Source of the DNA: Vibrio vulnificus CMCP6
Lineage (GTDB): Bacteria; Pseudomonadota; Gammaproteobacteria; Enterobacterales; Vibrionaceae
Reading direction: 5' to 3'
Assembly (NCBI RefSeq): GCF_000039765.1
Contig: NC_004459.3
Span: 2,811,127-2,843,126 of the forward strand
DNA length: 32,000 nt
Shown here: one piece after another, positions 11,726-19,918 of the stretch
How the letters are laid out: the number at the start of each line of letters is the position of its first letter
Numbering within the stretch: the first letter of the stretch is position 1
Position numbers and translations under genes: made by a program
Notes under the pieces: model-generated
What the model saw: the letters and a program-made list of their open reading frames with translations, nothing else
Databases searched by the model: none
What the model was told of the DNA's origin: nothing

Positions 11726-11764
11726 TAGTATTCTTCTCGTGGTTAAACCACAAGTAAAATAAGC

Positions 11765-11977
11765 TTAGATAACTGTAACGTTAGAAGCTTGTGGGCCTTT
11801 TTGACCTTCTTCAACGTTGAAGCTTACTTTCTGACCTTCAGCAAGAGTTTTGAAGCCTTCAGAAACGATAGCACGGAAGTGTACGAATACATCTTTGCCG
11901 CCGTTGTCTTGAGAAATAAAACCAAAACCTTTAGTCTCGTTGAACCATTTTACTGTACCAGTCATTTTACCAGACAT
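11765..11977 (-). CDS. CspA-family cold-shock protein
   Basis: 70 aa '[70 protein letters not shown]' with RNP1 (KGFGFI) and RNP2 (VFVHF). Confidence 0.96.
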   Translation of the reverse strand: MSGKMTGTVKWFNETKGFGFISQDNGGKDVFVHFRAIVSEGFKTLAEGQKVSFNVEEGQKGPQASNVTVI

Positions 11978-12143
11978 AGTGACCTCTATTAAAAATTTAC
12001 ATTAAACATTTCTGGCTATTACAAGTGCATGAATGGTCTATCGAGAGAAAGTTTACGCAGGTTTAACGAGGTATATCGAGAACTAACTGAGAAGGAACTT
12101 TTACTTAATCTAACACATGCACTCTTTGTAAGAGCTGAGCAAC

Positions 12144-12171
12144 ACTATACTTGGTTCTTGGAAAAGAACAA
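12144..12171 (-). promoter_or_regulatory. candidate sigma70 promoter of the cold-shock gene
   Basis: Minus strand TTGTTC-16 bp-TATAGT (-35 at 12171..12166, -10 at 12149..12144); implies a roughly 160-nt 5' leader. Confidence 0.5.
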
Positions 12172-12544
12172 GTGTTTTTAACAAAAAGAATGAAATCGTT
12201 TACCTTTGGCTATCTTACCGCCAGATAAGAAAATTATTTTTTCTGTAATTACTGTCGTTTTGTCTCGTTACAATCTCATTTTTGCTTTAAACAAAAAGGC
12301 CATATCTATTTATTCCTTTGAAAACAGCATGATAATGAATGACATATGAGTTTAAACTTCACTAGAGTGCAAGTTAAATAGGAGCGAACACAAGCAATAG
12401 AACATTCTTTCTTCAATTTGGTCACTTAAACAACACATAGAAGATTTAAGATCACTAAATAGAACATATCACCCTCATTAACTTGCCGCTAACTGGGCGA
12501 TAACATAAAATCTTTTGACTGCTTTAAGAGGAATATGTCAGGGA

Positions 12545-13711
12545 ATGACTTTCGTACTTGATCTCAGAACTTTGTGTGTGATCACAGCGGCTATTTGTTT
12601 GTCTTATGGCGTTGGCCTCGCGCTGTTCAATCGCGCCCACATTAAACGCCACAATCTTATGACGTTTGTTTGTGCCTTAACGCTCATTGGCATGGCCACG
12701 GCTTTGATTGGCTTGCGAGGGGTCGTTAGCGACTTTTTCTCAATCGTCGCGGCTAATGTGATGCTGTATACCGGTTTTTCGTTTTTTCTGTATGGATTCA
12801 GTCAGTTTAGGCAAATCAACAATCGCTTCAGTGCCCTTTCCTTTGCCCTCATTGTTCCACTCACTTTATCGTTTATTTACTTTACTTATCTTGCCCCATC
12901 ACTCAATGCTCGGCTGATTATCATCTCATCATTTTTATCTTTGACGCTTTATATGACGGCGTACAATGTACATCGAGGCTCTGCCAATGACACTCGCTTG
13001 CCCGTGAATGTGATTGTCACGTCTTTTTGCATTGTCGGCACTATTGAGCTCATCCGAGCGATCAACTTTATTCTTGTTCCAGAGGATCGTTTCTTTAATG
13101 CATCTCAGCCCAGTATTTACATTCTCCAGTTGTCGTACCTACTCGGTACGCTGAATGTCACCATCACTGCTTTTAGCTTAGTTTGGCTGATCAACGAACG
13201 TTTGCTGACGTCATTACAAGAAATGTCGCTCAAAGACAACCTCACAGGATTCTTTAATCGTCACGGGCTTGAACAAAAACTGCCAGCACTGATTTCGTCT
13301 GCACAACATCGGCAGCAACCATTGATTGCGATGATGTGCGATATTGACCACTTCAAACTGGTTAATGACACTTATGGCCATCAAGAAGGCGATATTATTT
13401 TGCAACGCTGCGCCGAAGCAATTCGAGCGCAACTACCACAACAGCATTTAGCGTTTCGATATGGTGGCGAAGAGTTTCTGATCATTTTGTCGCAATACGA
13501 ACTGGTCCGTGCTAAGCAGCTCGCTGAAACGATTCGAATGACGATAGAACAAAGCCAGTTTGTGCAACTCCCAGAAAGGCATTTAACCATGAGTTTTGGC
13601 CTAACAGAGCTCAGTACACTGGATAATGTAGAAAGCATGGTAAAAAGAGCGGATCAAGCGCTCTATCTGGCGAAGTCTCAAGGTAGAAACCAAGTAGTGG
13701 TTCATCAGTAG
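12545..13711 (+). CDS. membrane-anchored diguanylate cyclase (GGDEF domain, GGEEF motif)
   Basis: Six or more N-terminal TM segments, then 'KDNLTGFFNRHGLEQKL...MMCDIDHFKLVNDTYGHQEGDIILQRCAEAIR...FRYGGEEFLIIL...SFGLTELS...KRADQALYLAKSQGRNQV'. ATG 12545 preferred over 12515. Confidence 0.93.
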   Translation: MTFVLDLRTLCVITAAICLSYGVGLALFNRAHIKRHNLMTFVCALTLIGMATALIGLRGVVSDFFSIVAANVMLYTGFSFFLYGFSQFRQINNRFSALSFALIVPLTLSFIYFTYLAPSLNARLIIISSFLSLTLYMTAYNVHRGSANDTRLPVNVIVTSFCIVGTIELIRAINFILVPEDRFFNASQPSIYILQLSYLLGTLNVTITAFSLVWLINERLLTSLQEMSLKDNLTGFFNRHGLEQKLPALISSAQHRQQPLIAMMCDIDHFKLVNDTYGHQEGDIILQRCAEAIRAQLPQQHLAFRYGGEEFLIILSQYELVRAKQLAETIRMTIEQSQFVQLPERHLTMSFGLTELSTLDNVESMVKRADQALYLAKSQGRNQVVVHQ

Positions 13712-13807
13712 GCAGCAATTTATTAAGCGGAAGCTTACGGGGCAGGAAGAAATAAACCTAAAGCAGGCAATTGAAATGCTTATCACGCTATGGAACGCAG
13801 AAACGAC

Positions 13808-13833
13808 AAAGCCCGCTCATTTGAGCGGGCTTT
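13808..13833 (-). terminator. hairpin downstream of the tRNA-Val pair, possibly bidirectional
   Basis: AAAGCCCGCTCATTTGAGCGGGCTTT: 11-bp inverted repeat AAAGCCCGCTC/GAGCGGGCTTT with loop ATTT. Confidence 0.7.
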
Positions 13834-13857
13834 GCGTTTGTTCTAAAAGAACGAATA

Positions 13858-13934
13858 TGGTGCGTCCAAGTGGACTCGAACCACCGACCCCTACCATGTC
13901 AAGGTAGTACTCTAACCAACTGAGCTATGGACGC
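13858..13934 (-). tRNA. tRNA-Val (anticodon GAC)
   Basis: Minus strand GCGTCCATAGCTCAGTTGGTTAGAGTACTACCTTGACATGGTAGGGGTCGGTGGTTCGAGTCCACTTGGACGCACCA: full cloverleaf with encoded CCA; loop TTGACAT. Confidence 0.96.
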
Positions 13935-13969
13935 TTTACGCACTGTTCTCGACTAACCATTCTTTTGAA

Positions 13970-14046
13970 TGGTGCGTCCGAGTGGACTCGAACCACCGAC
14001 CCCCGCCATGTCAAGGCGATACTCTAACCAACTGAGCTACGGACGC
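13970..14046 (-). tRNA. tRNA-Val (anticodon GAC), second copy
   Basis: Minus strand GCGTCCGTAGCTCAGTTGGTTAGAGTATCGCCTTGACATGGCGGGGGTCGGTGGTTCGAGTCCACTCGGACGCACCA; loop TTGACAT; encoded CCA. Confidence 0.96.
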
Positions 14047-14193
14047 ATCTCGTGAGAACGAGGAGGATATTAACCAGTGACGGTGTTAGGCGCAAGCATA
14101 TTTTTGCCCTTTTAGTGCCGTTTGCTCTATTCCTAATCTTTTTGCTCTGTTTTTAGCCTTTTTCACTTTTAGTGATTTGATCTAATTCACATT

Positions 14194-14985
14194 TCATGGC
14201 GTGACAAGCTTGAGCACTTTGCGTTTATTCAATTGGAGCTGGGTGATCTCTGTCGCCCAATATTGATCGATCAACCGCTGCAATAAGCCACTTTGCTCCG
14301 CTTTGAGCAGCGCTCTCTCCAGCAATGCTTTATGCTGCTTTGCTCCTTCACTTAAGTAAAAACGAAAATCACGCTGATAAATAAGCAGCAAGTGCTGTTC
14401 GATTTCCAACTGAGGATTGAGTCTCGATTCGGCCATTACCTCGTTTACACCACGCGGGAAATAGTTAATGGCCCCTTGAGTTGAGAGTTTGTTATACAGC
14501 ATTCGCCACTCACCATCTTGCTCATAAAATGGCAAATCATTGTGCAACCACACATCGGCATCGTACCACGCATAACCAAGCCCAGCCGTTAACCCACTTT
14601 GACGTAACTCATCAAGGCTATTGATTGAGTCATATTGGGGCTGAGCGCCTTTGGGAATAAGCAAAACGCGTTTACCAATCAAGCCATTGGTGACGGGCGC
14701 ATTTACATAAGTGTATTGTGCATCTCTCTCTTTTGTTTGCAGTAACCACATCAAAGAAAGCTGGTTATTCTCCACCATCTTGACTAAGCGTTTTTGTGGA
14801 ATGTGCTCAAAAGGCGTTTTGATGGTTAGCTTTACGCCAATGCTATCGAGCGATTGGCGCAATAACTCATGGTAAAAAAGATGGGAGCCATCGAGTTGGG
14901 TGGGAAGAACTAAAGTCAAGGTTTTGGGCTGAGCGGCCACGGCTGAAAAGTGAAACACGAACAACGCTATCGCAAACCATCTCAT
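14194..14985 (-). CDS. standalone periplasmic solute-binding-like protein (transporter substrate-binding domain)
   Basis: Signal peptide MRWFAIALFVFHFSAVAA then a PBP-like fold: 'SINSLDELRQSGLTAGLGYAWYDADVW', 'EIEQHLLLIYQRDFRFYLSEG'. No permease or ATPase nearby. Confidence 0.65.
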   Translation of the reverse strand: MRWFAIALFVFHFSAVAAQPKTLTLVLPTQLDGSHLFYHELLRQSLDSIGVKLTIKTPFEHIPQKRLVKMVENNQLSLMWLLQTKERDAQYTYVNAPVTNGLIGKRVLLIPKGAQPQYDSINSLDELRQSGLTAGLGYAWYDADVWLHNDLPFYEQDGEWRMLYNKLSTQGAINYFPRGVNEVMAESRLNPQLEIEQHLLLIYQRDFRFYLSEGAKQHKALLERALLKAEQSGLLQRLIDQYWATEITQLQLNKRKVLKLVTP

Positions 14986-15050
14986 AGAACGCCCTCATTC
15001 TTATCCTTATATACAATATAGGTCGTTTTGGGCTATCTAGGGATGAAAGA

Positions 15051-15716
15051 TCAATCATCCTCATCCACATCAAACACCACATTGTAGTTTTCGGTGTAGG
15101 TGCAGTTTGGCTGACGGCTACAGGTGAAAAAGCGCCGCCCTTTGAATTCTCCCTGGGAAGCAATTTTGATGATCATCGGACTGCCGCACTTTTTACAAAA
15201 GCGCACTTCTTTGTCTGGTTCAATCAAATCGATATGCGCGGCGAGCAAGCGTCTTAATCGTCCCACTTGATAACTGTGCTTAATCGACGTACCAATCAGT
15301 GGGATATTGGCGGTTTTGCACACTTGCATCAGTAACTTTTCCCGCTCAACTTTGACTTTGTTGAGCTCTTTACCGTTATCCAGTTCAATGATCACACGTG
15401 GCTCAAACGTACGAGGGTCGCAAATCACATAGTCAAAATACATACGTGAAATACGGTTGCTGGCGATAAACAACTGCTTTTTGCTATTGATATCGCGTGG
15501 CGCAACCACATTACTCATATTCACTTTGGCAAACACAACACCATGTTCGCCAACCGCGGTTTTCAATGCATTGAAAAATGCCACTTCATGCCCTTTCAAC
15601 ACCGAGCCTTTCGAACGATAGGCATATTCCTTGGTATCATCCTGTTTGACGACGTATTTCTGTATTACGAAAAAAAACAAAATCAGTAGCGCGACAATAA
15701 TAAAGATATTCGTCAT
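15051..15716 (-). CDS. DUF2726 domain protein with C-terminal topoisomerase-type zinc finger
   Basis: N-terminal TM, 'VLKGHEVAFFNALKTAVGEHGVVFAKVNMSNVV...', C-terminal C4 finger 'RFCKKCGSPMIIKIASQGEFKGRRFFTCSRQPNCTYTE'. Confidence 0.82.
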   Translation of the reverse strand: MTNIFIIVALLILFFFVIQKYVVKQDDTKEYAYRSKGSVLKGHEVAFFNALKTAVGEHGVVFAKVNMSNVVAPRDINSKKQLFIASNRISRMYFDYVICDPRTFEPRVIIELDNGKELNKVKVEREKLLMQVCKTANIPLIGTSIKHSYQVGRLRRLLAAHIDLIEPDKEVRFCKKCGSPMIIKIASQGEFKGRRFFTCSRQPNCTYTENYNVVFDVDEDD

Positions 15717-15954
15717 CGGTTAATTACACTCAAAACATAGCCTTACTTGTTAAATACACTATGTGTAAACCGGATTGATGACAAGTGAAAACCCACCCAA
15801 GCTAGGCTCGGGTGTTACTACTTTGGTAGAGTTCACGTTTCAGATTGATTTAGATCAAGCAATCATGGCGAAGCACTGATTACAGTGAGTTTGGTTAATG
15901 AATTGTTAACCAAAGACATATTCAGATAAAAGACAGGGATGTAGGAGATAAATC

Positions 15955-16134
15955 ATGGAGTTGAAACAAGATCCACGCTGTTACACCGATGTGTGTATCG
16001 AAGGAAAGTGGTATCACTACGATCATTGCGGCACCACAGCGTATATGTTGAAAGGTGGTTGTTCAGAAGAGATTCAGCTCTCGCGCGAACCTAGCACCGA
16101 AAGTGAGTTGATTGAGCTACTAATGATGAGATGA
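15955..16134 (+). CDS. small hypothetical protein, 59 aa, four cysteines; not in the supplied ORF track
   Basis: ATG at 15955 with upstream GTAGGAGATAAATC. Translation MELKQDPRCYTDVCIEGKWYHYDHCGTTAYMLKGGCSEEIQLSREPSTESELIELLMMR*. Followed by hairpin ACGACGCC-tatgct-GGGCGTCGT near 16140-16162. Confidence 0.6.
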   Translation: MELKQDPRCYTDVCIEGKWYHYDHCGTTAYMLKGGCSEEIQLSREPSTESELIELLMMR

Positions 16135-16195
16135 TTGAACGACGCCTATGCTGGGCGTCGTTAAACATTGGCCAATAGACACGAATCCCACTTTG

Positions 16196-16957
16196 CTAGC
16201 GATATTTACCCACGATGCTTTGATAGAAGGTTTGATTCTCATCATTGCTGGTGTGTTTTAGTGCATCAATGGCTTGCTGCAATGCTCTCACTGAAGCACC
16301 ATCAACATCTTTGTTAAACGCATAATAGAGCTCCCCTTCTTGCAGAACATACACAGGTTCAAAATCCGCAGAGTTGAATCCACCTTTGGATATCCACCAT
16401 TTCGCGACATTTTCTTCATAAGCCCAAAGATCGATCCGCCCTTTGTAAAGTTGCTCCGCCAAAGTAGAGGCATAGGAGCTCTCTTGCATTGAGTTACGCG
16501 GGACGCCTAGTTCAAGTAGGAGCTGTTCACCAACATCATCACGAATCACACCGATACGATATTGAATCAGGTCATTAGGGCGCTTAATAGAAATCTGCGC
16601 GCTTTTCTTAGCCATGACAACAATACGAGTGGCACTGATCGGCCCTACCCAATTGAACAAGTTTTCTCTCAATTTGGTGCGCGTGGTCGAAAAAAGCACC
16701 GTGTCTTTATTGATCAGCACGGTACGGTATGCTCTAGCCCAAGGTTGGACGGAAATGTCTTCTTTAGCGACAGGTTGCGTTGCCCTTGCCGTTGCTGCGA
16801 CCAACAAGTCCACAGCGATGCCGTGCAGTTCACCATTTTCGGTAAAGTTATAAGGCGGGTATTCTTCTGTCAGATAAGTGATCGATTGAAGATCCGATTT
16901 CGCTATCGCGACTGCTGCCAACAAGGATGCAAATAGAAACAAAATTGAACGGAACAT
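16196..16957 (-). CDS. periplasmic solute-binding-like protein (SBP_bac_3 type)
   Basis: Start revised to MFRSILFLFASLLAAVAIA (signal peptide). 'ITYLTEEYPPYNFTENGELHGIAVDLLVAATARAT', 'YRIGVIRDDVGEQLLLELG', 'ADFEPVYVLQEGELYYAFNKDVDG'. Confidence 0.82.
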   Translation of the reverse strand: MFRSILFLFASLLAAVAIAKSDLQSITYLTEEYPPYNFTENGELHGIAVDLLVAATARATQPVAKEDISVQPWARAYRTVLINKDTVLFSTTRTKLRENLFNWVGPISATRIVVMAKKSAQISIKRPNDLIQYRIGVIRDDVGEQLLLELGVPRNSMQESSYASTLAEQLYKGRIDLWAYEENVAKWWISKGGFNSADFEPVYVLQEGELYYAFNKDVDGASVRALQQAIDALKHTSNDENQTFYQSIVGKYR

Positions 16958-17045
16958 AACGCCCCCTAATTGTGATCCCTTGCAAGTAAATGTAGTCTTG
17001 AATTGACACATCTACCAACAAGGAATCACAACGCCACCTGTAAAT

Positions 17046-17714
17046 TCAAAGTTGAGCGTCAGGCTGATTTTCGGGCTTAGCGAGATCGAATGCGGGCAGT
17101 TGATTACAAGCGGCGACGACGGCATTGATGGTTGGATACGGTGTCATGTTTACGCCAAAACGGAGCGCGTTATACACCTGAGGGACCAAACATATATCGA
17201 CGATACTTGGACTAGAACTGACGCTAAAAACACACTCGCCATAGTGTTTACGGTGAGTCAATAGCTTCTCTTCCACCGCTTTAAAACCCATATGAATCCA
17301 ATGATGCACCCACAAACGTTTTTGCTCTTCATCCACCTCCAAACTGCCTTCAAGATACTGCAGGACCCGAAGATTATTCAGAGGATGGACATCAATCGCG
17401 ATGTCTTGCGCCAACGCCAACGCTTGATACTTGAGTGGCCCCATAGACGGGATCACTTGAGTCGATGAATAGTTATCATCGAGATACTGAATGATAGCCA
17501 ATGACTGATTGAGTACCAGATCCCCATCCACCAACACGGGCACCAGCTCATTGGGGTTCAGAGCATGATAATGCGCGAGATGCTGCTCTCCGCCATTTTT
17601 CACTAAATGAATCGAGTGGTTTTCATAGCGGAGCTGCTTCAGGTTTAAGCAGATCCTCACGCGATAGGCGGCAGACGATCGCCAATAACCATAGAGTTTA
17701 AGACTTGTCTCCAT
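17046..17714 (-). CDS. maiA: maleylacetoacetate isomerase (zeta-class GST-like)
   Basis: 'LYGYWRSSAAYRVRICLNLKQLRYE...NPNELVPVLVDGDLVLNQSLAIIQYLDD'; operon context with hppD/hmgA. Confidence 0.9.
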   Translation of the reverse strand: METSLKLYGYWRSSAAYRVRICLNLKQLRYENHSIHLVKNGGEQHLAHYHALNPNELVPVLVDGDLVLNQSLAIIQYLDDNYSSTQVIPSMGPLKYQALALAQDIAIDVHPLNNLRVLQYLEGSLEVDEEQKRLWVHHWIHMGFKAVEEKLLTHRKHYGECVFSVSSSPSIVDICLVPQVYNALRFGVNMTPYPTINAVVAACNQLPAFDLAKPENQPDAQL

Positions 17715-17721
17715 ACCAACC

Positions 17722-18741
17722 TCATTTATGCTGATAACGACTCACTTGTTGTTCAATCGCACCAAAAATAGATTGCCCTTGCGCATCAAACATTTCTAAG
17801 CGAATAGAATCGCCAAAACGCATAAATGACGTGCTGGCTTGACCATCACGAATTGTTTCAATCATACGAATTTCGGCAATGCACGAATAACCAACACCAC
17901 CTTCTTCAATCGACGTGCCGTGATCGGTTCCTTGCTTATTCGACACCGTACCAGACCCGATGATGGCCCCTGCAGACAGCGGACGCGTCTTTGCCGCGTG
18001 CACAATCAGATCGGCAAAATCAAAGGTCATATCTACGCCGGCATTCGGTTTGCCAAACGGTTTATGGTTGTAGGTTGAGATCAGCGGCAGATGAAGTTTG
18101 TTTTCATACCAGGCTTCACCCAGTTCATCCAAAGTAACGGCGACGGGAGAAAACGCAGAAGAGGGTTTGGATTGAAAGAAGCCAAAGCCTTTGGCGAGTT
18201 CAGCAGGGATCAGGCCACGCAACGAAACATCATTCACCAGCATCACGAGACGAATCGCGTCTTCTGCTTGCGCAAAACTGGCCCCCATTGGCACGTCACC
18301 TGTGATCACCGCCACTTCACCTTCAAAATCAATGCCCCACTCTTCACTGGCAAATTCAATGTTGTCACGTGGTGCGATAAAGGCGTCGGAGCCCCCTTGG
18401 TACATGAGCGGGTCTGTCCAAAAACTTTCTGGCATTTCAGCACCGCGGGCTTTGCGCACTAATTCCACGTGATTGACGTATGCAGAGCCATCGGCCCACT
18501 GATAAGCACGAGGTAACGGTGAATGGACTAAGGTCTCTTCGAACGGTAAGCTTCCCGTCACCTCGCCTTGATTGAGCGCTTGATAAAGCTCTTTCAGCTT
18601 TGGCTCGCACACAGACCAATGATCCAGTGCAAGCTGCAATGTCGGTGCAATGTCGGTCGCGGAAACATAACGGCTCAAATCGCGACTAACGACGATCAAC
18701 TCACCATCGCGATGCTCATTCTTCTTGGTTGCTAATTTCAT
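17722..18741 (-). CDS. fumarylacetoacetate hydrolase family protein
   Basis: 'FEVEIAVITGDVPMGASFAQAEDAIRLVMLVNDVSLR'-type core and 'GSGTVSNKQGTDHGTSIEEGGVGYSCIAEIRMIETI'. Start at MKLATKKNEHRDGEL after GGGAAGAG, rather than 18798. Confidence 0.88.
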   Translation of the reverse strand: MKLATKKNEHRDGELIVVSRDLSRYVSATDIAPTLQLALDHWSVCEPKLKELYQALNQGEVTGSLPFEETLVHSPLPRAYQWADGSAYVNHVELVRKARGAEMPESFWTDPLMYQGGSDAFIAPRDNIEFASEEWGIDFEGEVAVITGDVPMGASFAQAEDAIRLVMLVNDVSLRGLIPAELAKGFGFFQSKPSSAFSPVAVTLDELGEAWYENKLHLPLISTYNHKPFGKPNAGVDMTFDFADLIVHAAKTRPLSAGAIIGSGTVSNKQGTDHGTSIEEGGVGYSCIAEIRMIETIRDGQASTSFMRFGDSIRLEMFDAQGQSIFGAIEQQVSRYQHK

Positions 18742-18781
18742 CTCTCTTCCCTTCTCAAACCTTGCTGTTCTGTCGTCCGTA

Positions 18782-19918
18782 TTATTTTTGATTTTCACGC
18801 CAACTGTAGACGTATTCTTTGTTTTCTACACTGTCGAGCTCTTGTGCAAACGTTAATGCATGGCGCGTATCAATCATCACCGCGACTTCGTCGGTGAACT
18901 TTTTCTTATACTCTTGGCCAGCTTTGAATGCCTTAGGATGCGGCCCGTGGGTAAAGCCTGCCGGGTGAAACGTCACCATGCCTGCTTCAATGTTGTCGCG
19001 GCTGAAAAAATCCCCCGCATGATAGAACAACACTTCATCATAATCGTCGTTGTTGTGATAAAACGGCACTTTCAACGCGCCAGGGTCACTTTCGATAGGA
19101 CGCGGCACGAAGGTGCAAACAACAAAGCCGTTCCCAACAAAGGTGGTGTGTGCCGACGGTGGCAAGTGATAACGATGAGACATCAATGGGCGTATATCGC
19201 GCCAGTTCAGTTTCACTACGGAGAGATCACCATGCCAACCTATGGCATCCAATGGATTGAATGGGTAAGTAATCACGCTCACACTGTCGTGGCGTTTCAC
19301 TTCCACACGCGTCTCTTGCTCTGAGTATTGCGCTTTGAACTGGTCGTTAATCGACGGCGTTTCAAGTACCGCAGGGTCAAATACCGCATGATTACCAACT
19401 AACCCTTTCTCTGGCAGTGAATACGCCGCATCGGTGTTTTCAATCATCAAAATAAACATCGCCTCTGACGGCTCCAAGCGCCAGTTGGTTGAACGCGGGA
19501 TCATCACGTAATCCCCTTCTTCTACTGACAAATGGCCATAGTCACAGTAAAGGTCGGCCTTACCTTGATGGATAAAGAGCAGCTCGTCGCCATCGGCGTT
19601 TCGCGCCAGAAATTCCATTTTAGTTTGGGTTTTCCAGACTCGAACTTTACATTCGTGATTGTGAAGCAAATGCGGCACACTCCAAGGAGAAGCTTGATTG
19701 GCGCTGGTCACGCGAGTGAAATCAAACGCTCTCGGTCTTAAATCGCCTTGCCAATCGGTCCAGCCTGTTGGGGCATGTTGATGATGAAAATGCGCAGCGG
19801 GGCCAAAGAACCCACTACGCCCCGCTTCACGTTCGTAAATCGCCTCTTCAGGAAAATCGGCATGTGCCTGCTTGGAGCAGACACCTTCCCGATGAGGAAA
19901 GGTGATCCATTTATGCAT
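18782..19918 (-). CDS. hmgA: homogentisate 1,2-dioxygenase
   Basis: 'YSIMHKWITFPHREGVCSKQAH', 'HLLHNHECKVRVWKTQTKMEF', 'DDYDEVLFYHAGDFFSRDNIEAGMVTFHPAGFTHGPHPKAF'. Start overlaps the hppD stop. Confidence 0.92.
   Translation of the reverse strand: MHKWITFPHREGVCSKQAHADFPEEAIYEREAGRSGFFGPAAHFHHQHAPTGWTDWQGDLRPRAFDFTRVTSANQASPWSVPHLLHNHECKVRVWKTQTKMEFLARNADGDELLFIHQGKADLYCDYGHLSVEEGDYVMIPRSTNWRLEPSEAMFILMIENTDAAYSLPEKGLVGNHAVFDPAVLETPSINDQFKAQYSEQETRVEVKRHDSVSVITYPFNPLDAIGWHGDLSVVKLNWRDIRPLMSHRYHLPPSAHTTFVGNGFVVCTFVPRPIESDPGALKVPFYHNNDDYDEVLFYHAGDFFSRDNIEAGMVTFHPAGFTHGPHPKAFKAGQEYKKKFTDEVAVMIDTRHALTFAQELDSVENKEYVYSWRENQK

Noticed and set aside
14100-14190. T-rich stretch with repeated 'TTTTTGC..T / TTTGCTCT / TTTTTGCTCTGTTTTT' motifs
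   Set aside because: Short, irregular repeats; looks like ordinary AT-rich intergenic sequence rather than a CRISPR-like or VNTR array.
15794-15814. CACCCAAGC-tag-GCTCGGGTG imperfect hairpin
   Set aside because: Single mismatch, no T tract and no adjacent gene logic; insufficient to call a regulatory RNA.
16562-16936. 124-aa plus-strand ORF
   Set aside because: Overlaps the well supported SBP_bac_3-type gene on the opposite strand; sequence looks like an antisense shadow.
17839-19741. Plus-strand ORFs up to 154 aa within the fah/hmgA region
   Set aside because: Antisense to clearly conserved catabolic enzymes.
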